Shown here: one piece after another, positions 1-15,000 of the stretch
How the letters are laid out: each line of letters opens with the position of its first letter
How positions within the stretch are numbered: position 1 is the first letter of the stretch
From: Eledone cirrhosa
Taxonomy: Eukaryota
Length of the DNA: 64,000 nt
Reading direction: 5' to 3'
Assembly (NCBI GenBank): GCA_964016885.1
Contig: OZ024740.1
Coordinates: 428,978,001-429,042,000, forward strand
Translations under genes and position numbers: made by a program
Notes under the pieces: model-generated
Databases searched by the model: none
What the model was told of the DNA's origin: nothing
What the model saw: only the letters and a program-made list of their open reading frames with translations

Positions 1-3000
1 TTGTTGATATTGTGTTTTTACTATTCAACTCAGCTCAGGTAGTGAAGAGTGTTGTTGTTGATATTGTGTTTTTACTATTCAACTCAGCTCAGGTAGTGAA
101 GAGTGTTGTTGTTGATATTGTGTTTTTACTATTCAACTCAGCTCAGATAGTGAAGAGTGTTGTTGTTGATATTGTGTTTTTACTATACAATTGAGCTCAG
201 ATAGTGAAGAGTCTTGTTGTTGATATTGTGTTTTTACTATACAACTGAGCTCAGATAGTGAAGAGTGTTGTTGTTGATATTGTGTTTTTACTATAAAACT
301 GAGCTCAGATAGTGAAGAGTGTTGTTGTTGATATTGTGTTTTTACTATACAACTGAGCTCAGATAGTGAAGAGTGTTGTTGTTGATATTGTGTTTTTACT
401 ATAAAACTGAGCTCAGATAGTGAAGAGTGTTGTTGTTGATATTGTGTTTTTACTATACAACTGAGCTCAGATAGTGAAGAGTGTTGTTGTTGATATTGTG
501 TTTTTACTATACAACTGAGCTCAGATAGTGAAGAGTGTTGTTGTTGATATTGTGTTTTTACTATACATCTGAGCTCAGATAGTGAAGAGTGTTGTTGTTG
601 ATATTGTGTTTTTGCTATACAACTCAGCTCAGATAGTGAAGAGTGTTGTTGTTGATATTGTGTTTTTACTATTCAACTCAGCTCAGGTAGTGAAGAGTGT
701 TGTTGTTGATATTGTGTTTTTACTATTCAACTCAGCTCAGATAGTGAAGAGTGTTGTTGTTGATATTGTGTTTTTACTATACAATTGAGCTCAGATAGTG
801 AAGAGTGTTGTTGTTGATATTGTGTTTTTACTATACAACTGAGCTCAGATAGTGAAGAGTGTTGTTGTTGATATTGTGTTTTTACTATAAAACTGAGCTC
901 AGATAGTGAAGAGTGTTGTTGTTGATATTGTGTTTTTACTATACAATTGAGCTCAGATAGTGAAGAGTGTTGTTGTTGATATTGTGTTTTTACTATACAA
1001 CTGAGCTCAGATAGTGAAGAGTGTTGTTGTTGATATTGTGTTTTTACTATACATCTGATCTCAGATAGTGAAGAGTGTTGTTGTTGATATTGTGTTTTTA
1101 CTATACAACTGAGCTCAGATAGTGAAGAGTGTTGTTGTTGATATTGTGTTTTTACTATACAACTGAGCTCAGATAGTGAAGAGTGTTGTTGTTGATATTG
1201 TGTTTTTACTATAAAACTGAGCTCAGATAGTGAAGAGTGTTGTTGTTGATATTGTGATTTTACTATACAACTGAGCTCAGATAGTGAAGAGTGTTCTTGT
1301 TGATATTGTGTTTTTACTATACAACTGAGCTCAGATAGTGAAGAGTGTTGTTGTTGATATTGTGTTTTTACTATACATCTGATCTCAGATAGTGAAGAGT
1401 GTTGTTGTTGATATTGTGTTTTTACTATACAACTGAGCTCAGATAGTGAAGAGTGTTGTTGTTGATATTGTGTTTTTACTATAAAACTGAGCTCAGATAG
1501 TGAAGAGTGTTGTTGTTGATATTGTGTTTTTACTATACAACTGAGCTCAGTTAGTGAAGAGTGTTGTTGTTGATATTGTGTTTTTACTATACAACTGAGC
1601 TCAGATAGTGAAGAGTTTTGTTGTTGATATTGTGTTTTTACTATACAACTCACCTCAGATAGTGAAGAGTGTTGTTGTTGATATTGTGTTTTTACTATAC
1701 AACTCAGCTCAGATATTGATGAGTGTTGTTGTTGATATTGTGTTTTTACTATACAACTGAGCTCAGATAGTGAAGAGTTTTGTTGTTGATATTGTGTTTT
1801 TACTATACAACTCAGCTCAGATATTGATGAGTGTTGTTGTTGATATTGTGTTTTTACTATACAACTGAGCTCAGATAGTGAAGAGTGTTGTTGTTGATAT
1901 TGTGTTTTTACTATACAACTCAGCTCAGATATTGATGAGTGTTGTTGTTGATATTGTGTTTTTACTATACGATTGAGCTCAGATAGTGAAGAGTTTTGTT
2001 GTTGATATTGTGTTTTTACTATACAACTCAGCTCAGATATTGAAGAGTGTTGTTCTTGATATTGTGTTTGTACTATACAACTCAGCTCAGATAGTGAAGA
2101 GTTTTGTTGTTGATATTGTGTTTTTACTATACAATTGAGCTCAGCTAGTGAAGAGTCTTTTTGTTGATATTGTGTTTTTACTATTCAACTCAGCTCAGAT
2201 AGTGAAGGGTGTTGTTGTTGATATTGTGTTTTTACTATTCAACTCAGCTCAGGTAGTGAAGAGTGTTGTTGTTGATATTGTGTTTTTACTATTCAACTCA
2301 GCTCAGTTAGTGAAGAGTGTTGATATTGATATTGTGTTTTTACTATTCAACTCAGCTCAGATAGTGAAGAGTGTTGTTGTTGATATTGTGTTTTTACTAT
2401 ACAATTGAGCTCAGATAGTGAAGAGTCTTGTTGTTGATATTGTGTTTTTACTATACAACTGAGCTCAGATAGTGAAGAGTGTTGTTGTTGATATTGTGTT
2501 TTTACTATAAAACTGAGCTCAGATAGTGAAGAGTGTTGTTGTTGATATTGTGTTTTTACTATACAACTGAGCTCAGATAGTGAAGAGTGTTGTTGTTGAT
2601 ATTGTGTTTTTACTATAAAACTGAGCTCAGATAGTGAAGAGTGTTGTTGTTGATATTGTGTTTTTACTATACAACTGAGCTCAGATAGTGAAGAGTGTTG
2701 TTGTTGATATTGTGTTTTTACTATACATCTGAGCTCAGATAGTGAAGAGTGTTGTTGTTGATATTGTGTTTTTACTATACAACTGAGCTCAGATAGTGAA
2801 GAGTGTTGTTGTTGATATTGTGTTTTTACTATAAAACTGAGCTCAGATAGTGAAGAGTGTTGTTGTTGATATTGTGTTTTTACTATACAATTGAGCTCAG
2901 ATAGTGAAGAGTGTTGTTGTTGATATTGTGTTTTTACTATACAACTGAGCTCAGATAGTGAAGAGTGTTGTTGTTGATATTGTGTTTTTACTATACATCT

Positions 3001-6000
3001 GATCTCAGATAGTGAAGAGTGTTGTTGTTGATATTGTGTTTTTACTATACAACTGAGCTCAGATAGTGAAGAGTGTTGTTGTTGATATTGTGTTTTTACT
3101 ATACAACTGAGCTCAGATAGTGAAGAGTGTTGTTGTTGATATTGTGTTTTTACTATAAAACTGAGCTCAGATAGTGAAGAGTGTTGTTGTTGATATTGTG
3201 ATTTTACTATACAACTGAGCTCAGATAGTGAAGAGTGTTGTTGTTGATATTGTGTTTTTACTATACAACTGAGCTCAGATAGTGAAGAGTGTTGTTGTTG
3301 ATATTGTGTTTTTACTATACATCTGATCTCAGATAGTGAAGAGTGTTGTTGTTGATATTGTGTTTTTACTATACAACTGAGCTCAGATAGTGAAGAGTGT
3401 TGTTGTTGATATTGTGTTTTTACTATAAAACTGAGCTCAGATAGTGAAGAGTGTTGTTGTTGATATTGTGTTTTTACTATACAACTGAGCTCAGTTAGTG
3501 AAGAGTGTTGTTGTTGATATTGTGTTTTTACTATACAACTGAGCTCAGATAGTGAAGAGTTTTGTTGTTGATATTGTGTTTTTACTATACAACTCAGCTC
3601 AGATAGTGAAGAGTTTTGTTGTTGATATTGTGTTTTTACTATACAACTCAGCTCAGATATTGAAGAGTGTTGTTGTTGATATTGTGTTTGTACTATACAA
3701 CTCAGCTCAGATAGTGAAGAGTTTTGTTGTTGATATTGTGTTTTTACTATACAACGCAGCTCAGATAGTGAAGAGTGTTGTTGTTGATATTGTGTTTCTA
3801 GTATACAACTGAGCTCAGATAGTGAAGAGTATTGTTGTTGATATTGTGTTTTTACTATAAAACTGAGCTCAGATAGTGAAGAGTGTTGTTGTTGATATTG
3901 TGATTTTACTATACAACTGAGCTCAGATAGTGAAGAGTGTTGTTGTTGATATTGTGTTTTTACTATGCAACTGAGCTCAGATAGTGAAGAGTGTTGTTGT
4001 TGATATTGTGTTTTTACTATACAACTGAGCTCAGATAGTGAAGAGTGTTGTTGTTGATATTGTGTTTTTACTATACAACTCAGCTCAGATAGTGAAGAGT
4101 GTTGTTGTTGATATTGTGTTTTTACTATACAACTGAGCTCAGATAGTAAAAAGTGTTGTTGTTAATATCGTGTTTTTACTATACAACTGAGCTCAGATAG
4201 TGAAGAGTGTTGTTGTTGATATTGTGTTTTTACTATAAAACTGAGCTCAGATAGTGAAGAGTGTTGTTGTTGATATTGTGTTTTTACTATACAACTGAGC
4301 TCAGATATTGAAGAGTATTGTTGTTGATATTGTGTTTTTACTATAAAACGGAGCTCAGATAGTGAAGAGTGTTGTTGTTGATATTGTGTTTTTACTATAC
4401 AACTCAGCTCAGATAGTGAAGAGTGTTGTTGTTGATATTGTTTTGACTATACAACTGAGCTCAGATATTAAAGAGTGTTGTTTTTGATATTGTGTTTTTA
4501 CTATACAACTGAGCTCAGATAGTGAAGAGTGTTGTTGTTGATATTGTGTTTTTACTATAAAACTGAGCTCAGATAGTGAAGAGTGTTGTTGTTGATATTG
4601 TGTTTTTACTATACATCTGATCTCAGATAGTGAAGAGTGTTGTTGTGGATATTGTGTTTTTACTATACAACTGAGCTCAGATAGTGAAGAGTTTTGTTGT
4701 TGATATTGTGTTTTTACTATACAACTGAGCTCAGATAGTGAAGAGTGTTGTTGTTGATATTGTGTTTTTACTATACATCTGAGCTCAGATAGTGAAGAGT
4801 GTTGTTGTTGATATTGTGTTTTTACTATACAACTGAGCTCAGTTAGTGAAGAGTGTTGTTGTTGATATTGTGTTTTTACTATACAACTGAGCTCAGATAG
4901 TGAAGAGTGTTGTTGTTGATATTGTGTTTTTACTATACATCTGATCTCAGATAGTGAAGAGTGTTGTTGTTGATATTGTGTTTTTACTATACAACTGAGC
5001 TCAGATAGTGAAGAGTGTTGTTGTTGATATTGTGTTTTTACTATACAACTGAGCTCAGATAGTGAAGAGTGTTGTTGTTGATATTGTGTTTTTACTATAA
5101 AACTGAGCTCAGATAGTGAAGAGTGTTGTTGTTGATATTGTGATTTTACTATACAACTGAGCTCAGATAGTGAAGAGTGTTCTTGTTGATATTGTGTTTT
5201 TACTATACAACTGAGCTCAGATAGTGAAGAGTGTTGTTGTTGATATTGTGTTTTTACTATACATCTGATCTCAGATAGTGAAGAGTGTTGTTGTTGATAT
5301 TGTGTTTTTACTATACAACTCAGCTCAGATATTGATGAGTGTTGTTGTTGATATTGTGTTTTTACTATACAACTGAGCTCAGATAGTGAAGAGTTTTGTT
5401 GTTGATATTGTGTTTTTACTATACAACTCAGCTCAGATATTGATGACTGTTGTTGTTGATATTGTGTTTTTACTATACAACTGAGCTCAGATAGTGAAGA
5501 GTGTTGTTGTTGATATTGTGTTTTTACTATACAACTCAGCTCAGATATTGATGAGTGTTGTTGTTGATATTGTGTTTTTACTATACAACTGAGCTCAGAT
5601 AGTGAAGAGTTTTGTTGTTGATATTGTGTTTTTACTATACAACGCAGCTCAGGTAGTGAAGAGTGTTGTTGTTGATATTGTGTTTTTACTATACAACTGA
5701 GCTCAGATAGTGAAGAGTTTTGTTGTTGATATTGTGTTTTTACTATACAACGCAGCTCAGATAGTGAAGAGTGTTGTTGTTGATATTGTGTTTTTACTAT
5801 ACAACTGAGCTCAGATAGTGAAGAGTGTTGTTGTTGATATTGTGTTTTTACTATTCAACTCAGCTCAGGTAGTGAAGAGTGTTGTTGTTGATATTGTGTT
5901 TTTACTATTCAACTGAGCTCAGATAGTGAAGATTGTTGTTGTTGATATTGTGTTTTTACTATTCAACTCAGCTCAGATAGTGAAGAGTGTTGTTGTTGAT

Positions 6001-9000
6001 ATTGTGTTTTTACTATACAACTGAGCTCAGATAGTGAAGAGTGTTGTTGTTGATATTGTGTTTTTACTATACAACTTAGCTCAGATAGTGAAGAGTGTTG
6101 TTGTTGATATTGTGTTTTTACTATAAAACTGAGCTCAGATAGTGAAGAGTGTTGTTGTTGATATTGTGTTTTTACTATACAACTCAGCTCAGATATTGAT
6201 GAGTGTTGTTGTTGATATTGTGTTTTTACTATACGATTGAGCTCAGATAGTGAAGAGTTTTGTTGTTGATATTGTGTTTTTACTATACAACTCAGCTCAG
6301 ATATTGAAGAGTGTTGTTCTTGATATTGTGTTTGTACTATACAACTCAGCTCAGATAGTGAAGAGTTTTGTTGTTGATATTGTGTTTTTACTATACAATT
6401 GAGCTCAGCTAGTGAAGAGTCTTTTTGTTGATATTGTGTTTTTACTATTCAACTCAGCTCAGATAGTGAAGGGTGTTGTTGTTGATATTGTGTTTTTACT
6501 ATTCAACTCAGCTCAGGTAGTGAAGAGTGTTGTTGTTGATATTGTGTTTTTACTATTCAACTCAGCTCAGTTAGTGAAGAGTGTTGATATTGATATTGTG
6601 TTTTTACTATTCAACTCAGCTCAGATAGTGAAGAGTGTTGTTGTTGATATTGTGTTTTTACTATACAATTGAGCTCAGATAGTGAAGAGTCTTGTTGTTG
6701 ATATTGTGTTTTTACTATACAACTGAGCTCAGATAGTGAAGAGTGTTGTTGTTGATATTGTGTTTTTACTATAAAACTGAGCTCAGATAGTGAAGAGTGT
6801 TGTTGTTGATATTGTGTTTTTACTATACAACTGAGCTCAGATAGTGAAGAGTGTTGTTGTTGATATTGTGTTTTTACTATAAAACTGAGCTCAGATAGTG
6901 AAGAGTGTTGTTGTTGATATTGTGTTTTTACTATACAACTGAGCTCAGATAGTGAAGAGTGTTGTTGTTGATATTGTGTTTTTACTATACATCTGAGCTC
7001 AGATAGTGAAGAGTGTTGTCTTTGATATTGTGTTTTTACTATACAACTGAGCTCAGATAGTGAAGAGTGTTGTTGTTGATATTGTGTTTTTACTATAAAA
7101 CTGAGCTCAGATAGTGAAGAGTGTTGTTGTTGATATTGTGTTTTTACTATACAATTGAGCTCAGATAGTGAAGAGTGTTGTTGTTGATATTGTGTTTTTA
7201 CTATACAACTGAGCTCAGATAGTGAAGAGTGTTGTTGTTGATATTGTGTTTTTACTATACATCTGATCTCAGATAGTGAAGAGTGTTGTTGTTGATATTG
7301 TGTTTTTACTATACAACTGAGCTCAGATAGTGAAGAGTGTTGTTGTTGATATTGTGTTTTTACTATACAACTGAGCTCAGATAGTGAAGAGTGTTGTTGT
7401 TGATATTGTGTTTTTACTATACAACTGAGCTCAGATAGTGAAGAGTTTTGTTGTTGATATTGTGTTTTTACTATACAACTCAGCTCAGATAGTGAAGAGT
7501 TTTGTTGTTGATATTGTGTTTTTACTATACAACTCAGCTCAGATATTGAAGAGTGTTGTTGTTGATATTGTGTTTGTACTATACAACTCAGCTCAGATAG
7601 TGAAGAGTTTTGTTGTTGATATTGTGTTTTTACTATACAACGCAGCTCAGATAGTGAAGAGTGTTGTTGTTGATATTGTGTTTCTAGTATACAACTGAGC
7701 TCAGATAGTGAAGAGTATTGTTGTTGATATTGTGTTTTTACTATAAAACTGAGCTCAGATAGTGAAGAGTGTTGTTGTTGATATTGTGATTTTACTATAC
7801 AACTGAGCTCAGATAGTGAAGAGTGTTGTTGTTGATATTGTGTTTTTACTATGCAACTGAGCTCAGATAGTGAAGAGTGTTGTTGTTGATATTGTGTTTT
7901 TACTATACAACTGAGCTCAGATAGTGAAGAGTGTTGTTGTTGATATTGTGTTTTTACTATACAACTCAGCTCAGATAGTGAAGAGTGTTGTTGTTGATAT
8001 TGTGTTTTTACTATACAACTGAGCTCAGATAGTAAAAAGTGTTGTTGTTAATATCGTGTTTTTACTATACAACTGAGCTCAGATAGTGAAGAGTGTTGTT
8101 GTTGATATTGTGTTTTTACTATAAAACTGAGCTCAGATAGTGAAGAGTGTTGTTGTTGATATTGTGTTTTTACTATACAACTGAGCTCAGATATTGAAGA
8201 GTATTGTTGTTGATATTGTGTTTTTACTATAAAACGGAGCTCAGATAGTGAAGAGTGTTGTTGTTGATATTGTGTTTTTACTATACAACTCAGCTCAGAT
8301 AGTGAAGAGTGTTGTTGTTGATATTGTTTTGACTATACAACTGAGCTCAGATATTAAAGAGTGTTGTTTTTGATATTGTGTTTTTACTATACAACTGAGC
8401 TCAGATAGTGAAGAGTGTTGTTGTTGATATTGTGTTTTTACTATACAACTGAGCTCAGATAGTGAAGAGTGTTGTTGTTGATATTGTGTTTTTACTATAA
8501 AACTGAGCTCAGATAGTGAAGAGTGTTGTTGTTGATATTGTGTTTTTACTATACATCTGATCTCAGATAGTGAAGAGTGTTGTTGTGGATATTGTGTTTT
8601 TACTATACAACTGAGCTCAGATAGTGAAGAGTTTTGTTGTTGATATTGTGTTTTTACTATACAACTGAGCTCAGATAGTGAAGAGTGTTGTTGTTGATAT
8701 TGTGTTTTTACTATACAACTGAGCTCAGATAGTGAAGAGTGTTGTTGTTGATATTGTGTTTTTACTATTCAACTCAGCTCAGGTAGTGAAGAGTGTTGTT
8801 GTTGATATTGTGTTTTTACTATACAACTGAGCTCAGATAGTGAAGAGTTTTGTTGTTGATATTGTGTTTTTACTATACAACTCAGCTCAGATAGTGAAGA
8901 GTTTTGTTGTTGATATTGTGTTTTTACTATACAACTCAGCTCAGATATTGAAGAGTGTTGTTGTTGATATTGTGTTTGTACTATACAACTCAGCTCAGAT

Positions 9001-12000
9001 AGTGAAGAGTTTTGTTGTTGATATTTTTTTTTACTATACAACGCAGCTCAGATAGTGAAGAGTGTTGTTGTTGATATTGTGTTTTTACTATACAACTGAG
9101 CTCAGATAGTGAAGAGTGTTGTTGTTGATATTGTGTTTTTACTATAAAACTGAGCTCAGATAGTGAAGAGTGTTGTTGTTGATATTGTGTTTTTACTATA
9201 CAACTGAGCTCAGTTAGTGAAGAGTGTTGTTGTTGATATTGTGTTTTTACTATACAACTGAGCTCAGATAGTGAAGAGTTTTGTTGTTGATATTGTGTTT
9301 TTACTATACAACTCACCTCAGATAGTGAAGAGTGTTGTTGTTGATATTGTGTTTTTACTATACAACTCAGCTCAGATATTGATGAGTGTTGTTGTTGATA
9401 TTGTGTTTTTACTATACAACTGAGCTCAAATAGTGAAGAGTTTTGTTGTTGATATTGTGTTTTTACTATACAACTCAGCTCAGATATTGATGAGTGTTGT
9501 TGTTGATATTGTGTTTTTACTATACAACTGAGCTCAGTTAGTGAAGAGTGTTGTTGTTGATATTGTGTTTTTACTATACAACTGAGCTCAGATAGTGAAG
9601 AGTTTTGTTGTTGATATTGTGTTTTTACTATACAACTCAGCTCAGATAGTGAAGAGTTTTGTTGTTGATATTGTGTTTTTACTATACAACTCAGCTCAGA
9701 TATTGAAGAGTGTTGTTGTTGATATTGTGTTTGTACTATACAACTCAGCTCAGATAGTGAAGAGTTTTGTTGTTGATATTGTGTTTTTACTATACAACGC
9801 AGCTCAGATAGTGAAGAGTGTTGTTGTTGATATTGTGTTTCTAGTATACAACTGAGCTCAGATAGTGAAGAGTATTGTTGTTGATATTGTGTTTTTACTA
9901 TAAAACTGAGCTCAGATAGTGAAGAGTGTTGTTGTTGATATTGTGATTTTACTATACAACTGAGCTCAGATAGTGAAGAGTGTTGTTGTTGATATTGTGT
10001 TTTTACTATGCAACTGAGCTCAGATAGTGAAGAGTGTTGTTGTTGATATTGTGTTTTTACTATACAACTGAGCTCAGATAGTGAAGAGTGTTGTTGTTGA
10101 TATTGTGTTTTTACTATACAACTCAGCTCAGATAGTGAAGAGTGTTGTTGTTGATATTGTGTTTTTACTATACAACTGAGCTCAGATAGTAAAAAGTGTT
10201 GTTGTTAATATCGTGTTTTTACTATACAACTGAGCTCAGATAGTGAAGAGTGTTGTTGTTGATATTGTGTTTTTACTATAAAACTGAGCTCAGATAGTGA
10301 AGAGTGTTGTTGTTGATATTGTGTTTTTACTATACAACTGAGCTCAGATATTGAAGAGTATTGTTGTTGATATTGTGTTTTTACTATAAAACGGAGCTCA
10401 GATAGTGAAGAGTGTTGTTGTTGATATTGTGTTTTTACTATACAACTCAGCTCAGATAGTGAAGAGTGTTGTTGTTGATATTGTTTTGACTATACAACTG
10501 AGCTCAGATATTAAAGAGTGTTGTTTTTGATATTGTGTTTTTACTATACAACTGAGCTCAGATAGTGAAGAGTGTTGTTGTTGATATTGTGTTTTTACTA
10601 TACAACTGAGCTCAGATAGTGAAGAGTGTTGTTGTTGATATTGTGTTTTTACTATAAAACTGAGCTCAGATAGTGAAGAGTGTTGTTGTTGATATTGTGT
10701 TTTTACTATACATCTGATCTCAGATAGTGAAGAGTGTTGTTGTGGATATTGTGTTTTTACTATACAACTGAGCTCAGATAGTGAAGAGTTTTGTTGTTGA
10801 TATTGTGTTTTTACTATACAACTGAGCTCAGATAGTGAAGAGTGTTGTTGTTGATATTGTGTTTTTACTATACATCTGAGCTCAGATAGTGAAGAGTGTT
10901 GTTGTTGATATTGTGTTTTTACTATACAACTGAGCTCAGTTAGTGAAGAGTGTTGTTGTTGATATTGTGTTTTTACTATACAACTGAGCTCAGATAGTGA
11001 AGAGTTTTGTTGTTGATATTGTGTTTTTACTATACAACTCAGCTCAGATAGTGAAGAGTGTTGTTGTTGATATTGTGTTTTTACTATACAATGCAGCTCA
11101 GATAGTGAAGAGTGTTGTTGTTGATATTGTGTTTTTACTATACAACTGAGCTCAGATAGTGAAGAGTGTTGTTGTTGATATTGTGTTTTTACTATTCAAC
11201 TCAGCTCAGGTAGTGAAGAGTGTTGTTGTTGATATTGTGTTTTTACTATACAACTGAGCTCAGATAGTGAAGAGTTTTGTTGTTGATATTGTGTTTTTAC
11301 TATACAACTCAGCTCAGATAGTGAAGAGTTTTGTTGTTGATATTGTGTTTTTACTATACAACTCAGCTCAGATATTGAAGAGTGTTGTTGTTGATATTGT
11401 GTTTGTACTATACAACTCAGCTCAGATAGTGAAGAGTTTTGTTGTTGATATTGTGTTTTTACTATACAACGCAGCTCAGATAGTGAAGAGTGTTGTTGTT
11501 GATATTGTGTTTTTACTATACAACTGAGCTCAGATAGTGAAGAGTGTTGTTGTTGATATTGTGTTTTTACTATAAAACTGAGCTCAGATAGTGAAGAGTG
11601 TAGTTGTTGATATTGTGTTTTTACTATACAACTGAGCTCAGTTAGTGAAGAGTGTTGTTGTTGATATTGTGTTTTTACTATACAACTGAGCTCAGATAGT
11701 GAAGAGTTTTGTTGTTGATATTGTGTTTTTACTATACAACTCACCTCAGATAGTGAAGAGTGTTGTTGTTGATATTGTGTTTTTACTATACAACTCAGCT
11801 CAGATATTGATGAGTGTTGTTGTTGATATTGTGTTTTTACTATACAACTGAGCTCAAATAGTGAAGAGTTTTGTTGTTGATATTGTGTTTTTACTATACA
11901 ACTCAGCTCAGATATTGATGAGTGTTGTTGTTGATATTGTGTTTTTACTATACAACTGAGCTCAGATAGTGAAGAGTGTTGTTGTTGATATTGTGTTTTT

Positions 12001-15000
12001 ACTATACAACTCAGCTCAGATATTGATGAGTGTTGTTGTTGATATTGTGTTTTTACTATACAACTGAGCTCAGATAGTGAAGAGTTTTGTTGTTGATATT
12101 GTGTTTTTACTATACAACGCAGCTCAGATAGTGAAGAGTGTTGTTGTTGATATTGTGTTTTTACTATACAACTCAGCTCAGGTAGTGAAGAGTGTTGTTG
12201 TTGATATTGTGTTTTTACTATTCAACTCAGCTCAGATAGTGAAGAGTGTTGTTGTTGATATTGTGTTTTTACTATAAAACTGAGCTCAGATAGTGAAGAG
12301 TGTTGTTGTTGATATTGTGTTTTTACTATACAACTGAGCTCAGTTAGTGAAGAGTGTTGTTGTTGATATTGTGTTTTTACTATACAACTGAGCTCAGATA
12401 GTGAAGAGTTTTGTTGTTGATATTGTGTTTTTACTATACAACTCAGCTCAGATAGTGAAGAGTTTTGTTGTTGATATTGTGTTTTTACTATACAACTCAG
12501 CTCAGATATTGAAGAGTGTTGTTGTTGATATTGTGTTTGTACTATACAACTCAGCTCAGATAGTGAAGAGTTTTGTTGTTGATATTGTGTTTTTACTATA
12601 CAACGCAGCTCAGATAGTGAAGAGTGTTGTTGTTGATATTGTGTTTCTAGTATACAACTGAGCTCAGATAGTGAAGAGTATTGTTGTTGATATTGTGTTT
12701 TTACTATAAAACTGAGCTCAGATAGTGAAGAGTGTTGTTGTTGATATTGTGATTTTACTATACAACTGAGCTCAGATAGTGAAGAGTGTTGTTGTTGATA
12801 TTGTGTTTTTACTATGCAACTGAGCTCAGATAGTGAAGAGTGTTGTTGTTGATATTGTGTTTTTACTATACAACTGAGCTCAGATAGTGAAGAGTGTTGT
12901 TGTTGATATTGTGTTTTTACTATACAACTCAGCTCAGATAGTGAAGAGTGTTGTTGTTGATATTGTGTTTTTACTATACAACTGAGCTCAGATAGTAAAA
13001 AGTGTTGTTGTTAATATCGTGTTTTTACTATACAACTGAGCTCAGATAGTGAAGAGTGTTGTTGTTGATATTGTGTTTTTACTATAAAACTGAGCTCAGA
13101 TAGTGAAGAGTGTTGTTGTTGATATTGTGTTTTTACTATACAACTGAGCTCAGATATTGAAGAGTATTGTTGTTGATATTGTGTTTTTACTATAAAACGG
13201 AGCTCAGATAGTGAAGAGTGTTGTTGTTGATATTGTGTTTTTACTATACAACTCAGCTCAGATAGTGAAGAGTGTTGTTGTTGATATTGTTTTGACTATA
13301 CAACTGAGCTCAGATATTAAAGAGTGTTGTTTTTGATATTGTGTTTTTACTATACAACTGAGCTCAGATAGTGAAGAGTGTTGTTGTTGATATTGTGTTT
13401 TTACTATACAACTGAGCTCAGATAGTGAAGAGTGTTGTTGTTGATATTGTGTTTTTACTATAAAACTGAGCTCAGATAGTGAAGAGTGTTGTTGTTGATA
13501 TTGTGTTTTTACTATACATCTGATCTCAGATAGTGAAGAGTGTTGTTGTGGATATTGTGTTTTTACTATACAACTGAGCTCAGATAGTGAAGAGTTTTGT
13601 TGTTGATATTGTGTTTTTACTATACAACTGAGCTCAGATAGTGAAGAGTGTTGTTGTTGATATTGTGTTTTTACTATACATCTGAGCTCAGATAGTGAAG
13701 AGTGTTGTTGTTGATATTGTGTTTTTACTATACAACTCAGCTCAGATAGTGAAGAGTTTTGTTGTTGATATTGTGTTTTTACTATACAACTCAGCTCAGA
13801 TATTGAAGAGTGTTGTTGTTGATATTGTGTTTGTACTATACAACTCAGCTCAGATAGTGAAGAGTTTTGTTGTTGATATTGTGTTTTTACTATACAACGC
13901 AGCTCAGATAGTGAAGAGTGTTGTTGTTGATATTGTGTTTCTAGTATACAACTGAGCTCAGATAGTGAAGAGTATTGTTGTTGATATTGTGTTTTTACTA
14001 TAAAACTGAGCTCAGATAGTGAAGAGTGTTGTTGTTGATATTGTGATTTTACTATACAACTGAGCTCAGATAGTGAAGAGTGTTGTTGTTGATATTGTGT
14101 TTTTACTATGCAACTGAGCTCAGATAGTGAAGAGTGTTGTTGTTGATATTGTGTTTTTACTATACAACTGAGCTCAGATAGTGAAGAGTGTTGTTGTTGA
14201 TATTGTGTTTTTACTATACAACTCAGCTCAGATAGTGAAGAGTGTTGTTGTTGATATTGTGTTTTTACTATACAACTGAGCTCAGATAGTAAAAAGTGTT
14301 GTTGTTAATATCGTGTTTTTACTATACAACTGAGCTCAGATAGTGAAGAGTGTTGTTGTTGATATTGTGTTTTTACTATAAAACTGAGCTCAGATAGTGA
14401 AGAGTGTTGTTGTTGATATTGTGTTTTTACTATACAACTGAGCTCAGTTAGTGAAGAGTGTTGTTGTTGATATTGTGTTTTTACTATACAACTGAGCTCA
14501 GATAGTGAAGAGTTTTGTTGTTGATATTGTGTTTTTACTATACAACTCACCTCAGATAGTGAAGAGTGTTGTTGTTGATATTGTGTTTTTACTATACAAC
14601 TCAGCTCAGATATTGATGAGTGTTGTTGTTGATATTGTGTTTTTACTATACAACTGAGCTCAAATAGTGAAGAGTTTTGTTGTTGATATTGTGTTTTTAC
14701 TATACAACTCAGCTCAGATATTGATGAGTGTTGTTGTTGATATTGTGTTTTTACTATACAACTGAGCTCAGATAGTGAAGAGTGTTGTTGTTGATATTGT
14801 GTTTTTACTATACAACTCAGCTCAGATATTGATGAGTGTTGTTGTTGATATTGTGTTTTTACTATACAACTGAGCTCAGATAGTGAAGAGTTTTGTTGTT
14901 GATATTGTGTTTTTACTATACAACGCAGCTCAGATAGTGAAGAGTGTTGTTGTTGATATTGTGTTTTTACTATACAACTCAGCTCAGGTAGTGAAGAGTG

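Noticed and set aside
9020-9035. Unique monomer with a long T run (ATATTTTTTTTTACTA)
   Set aside because: Single occurrence in a homopolymer context; may be a consensus or sequencing error.
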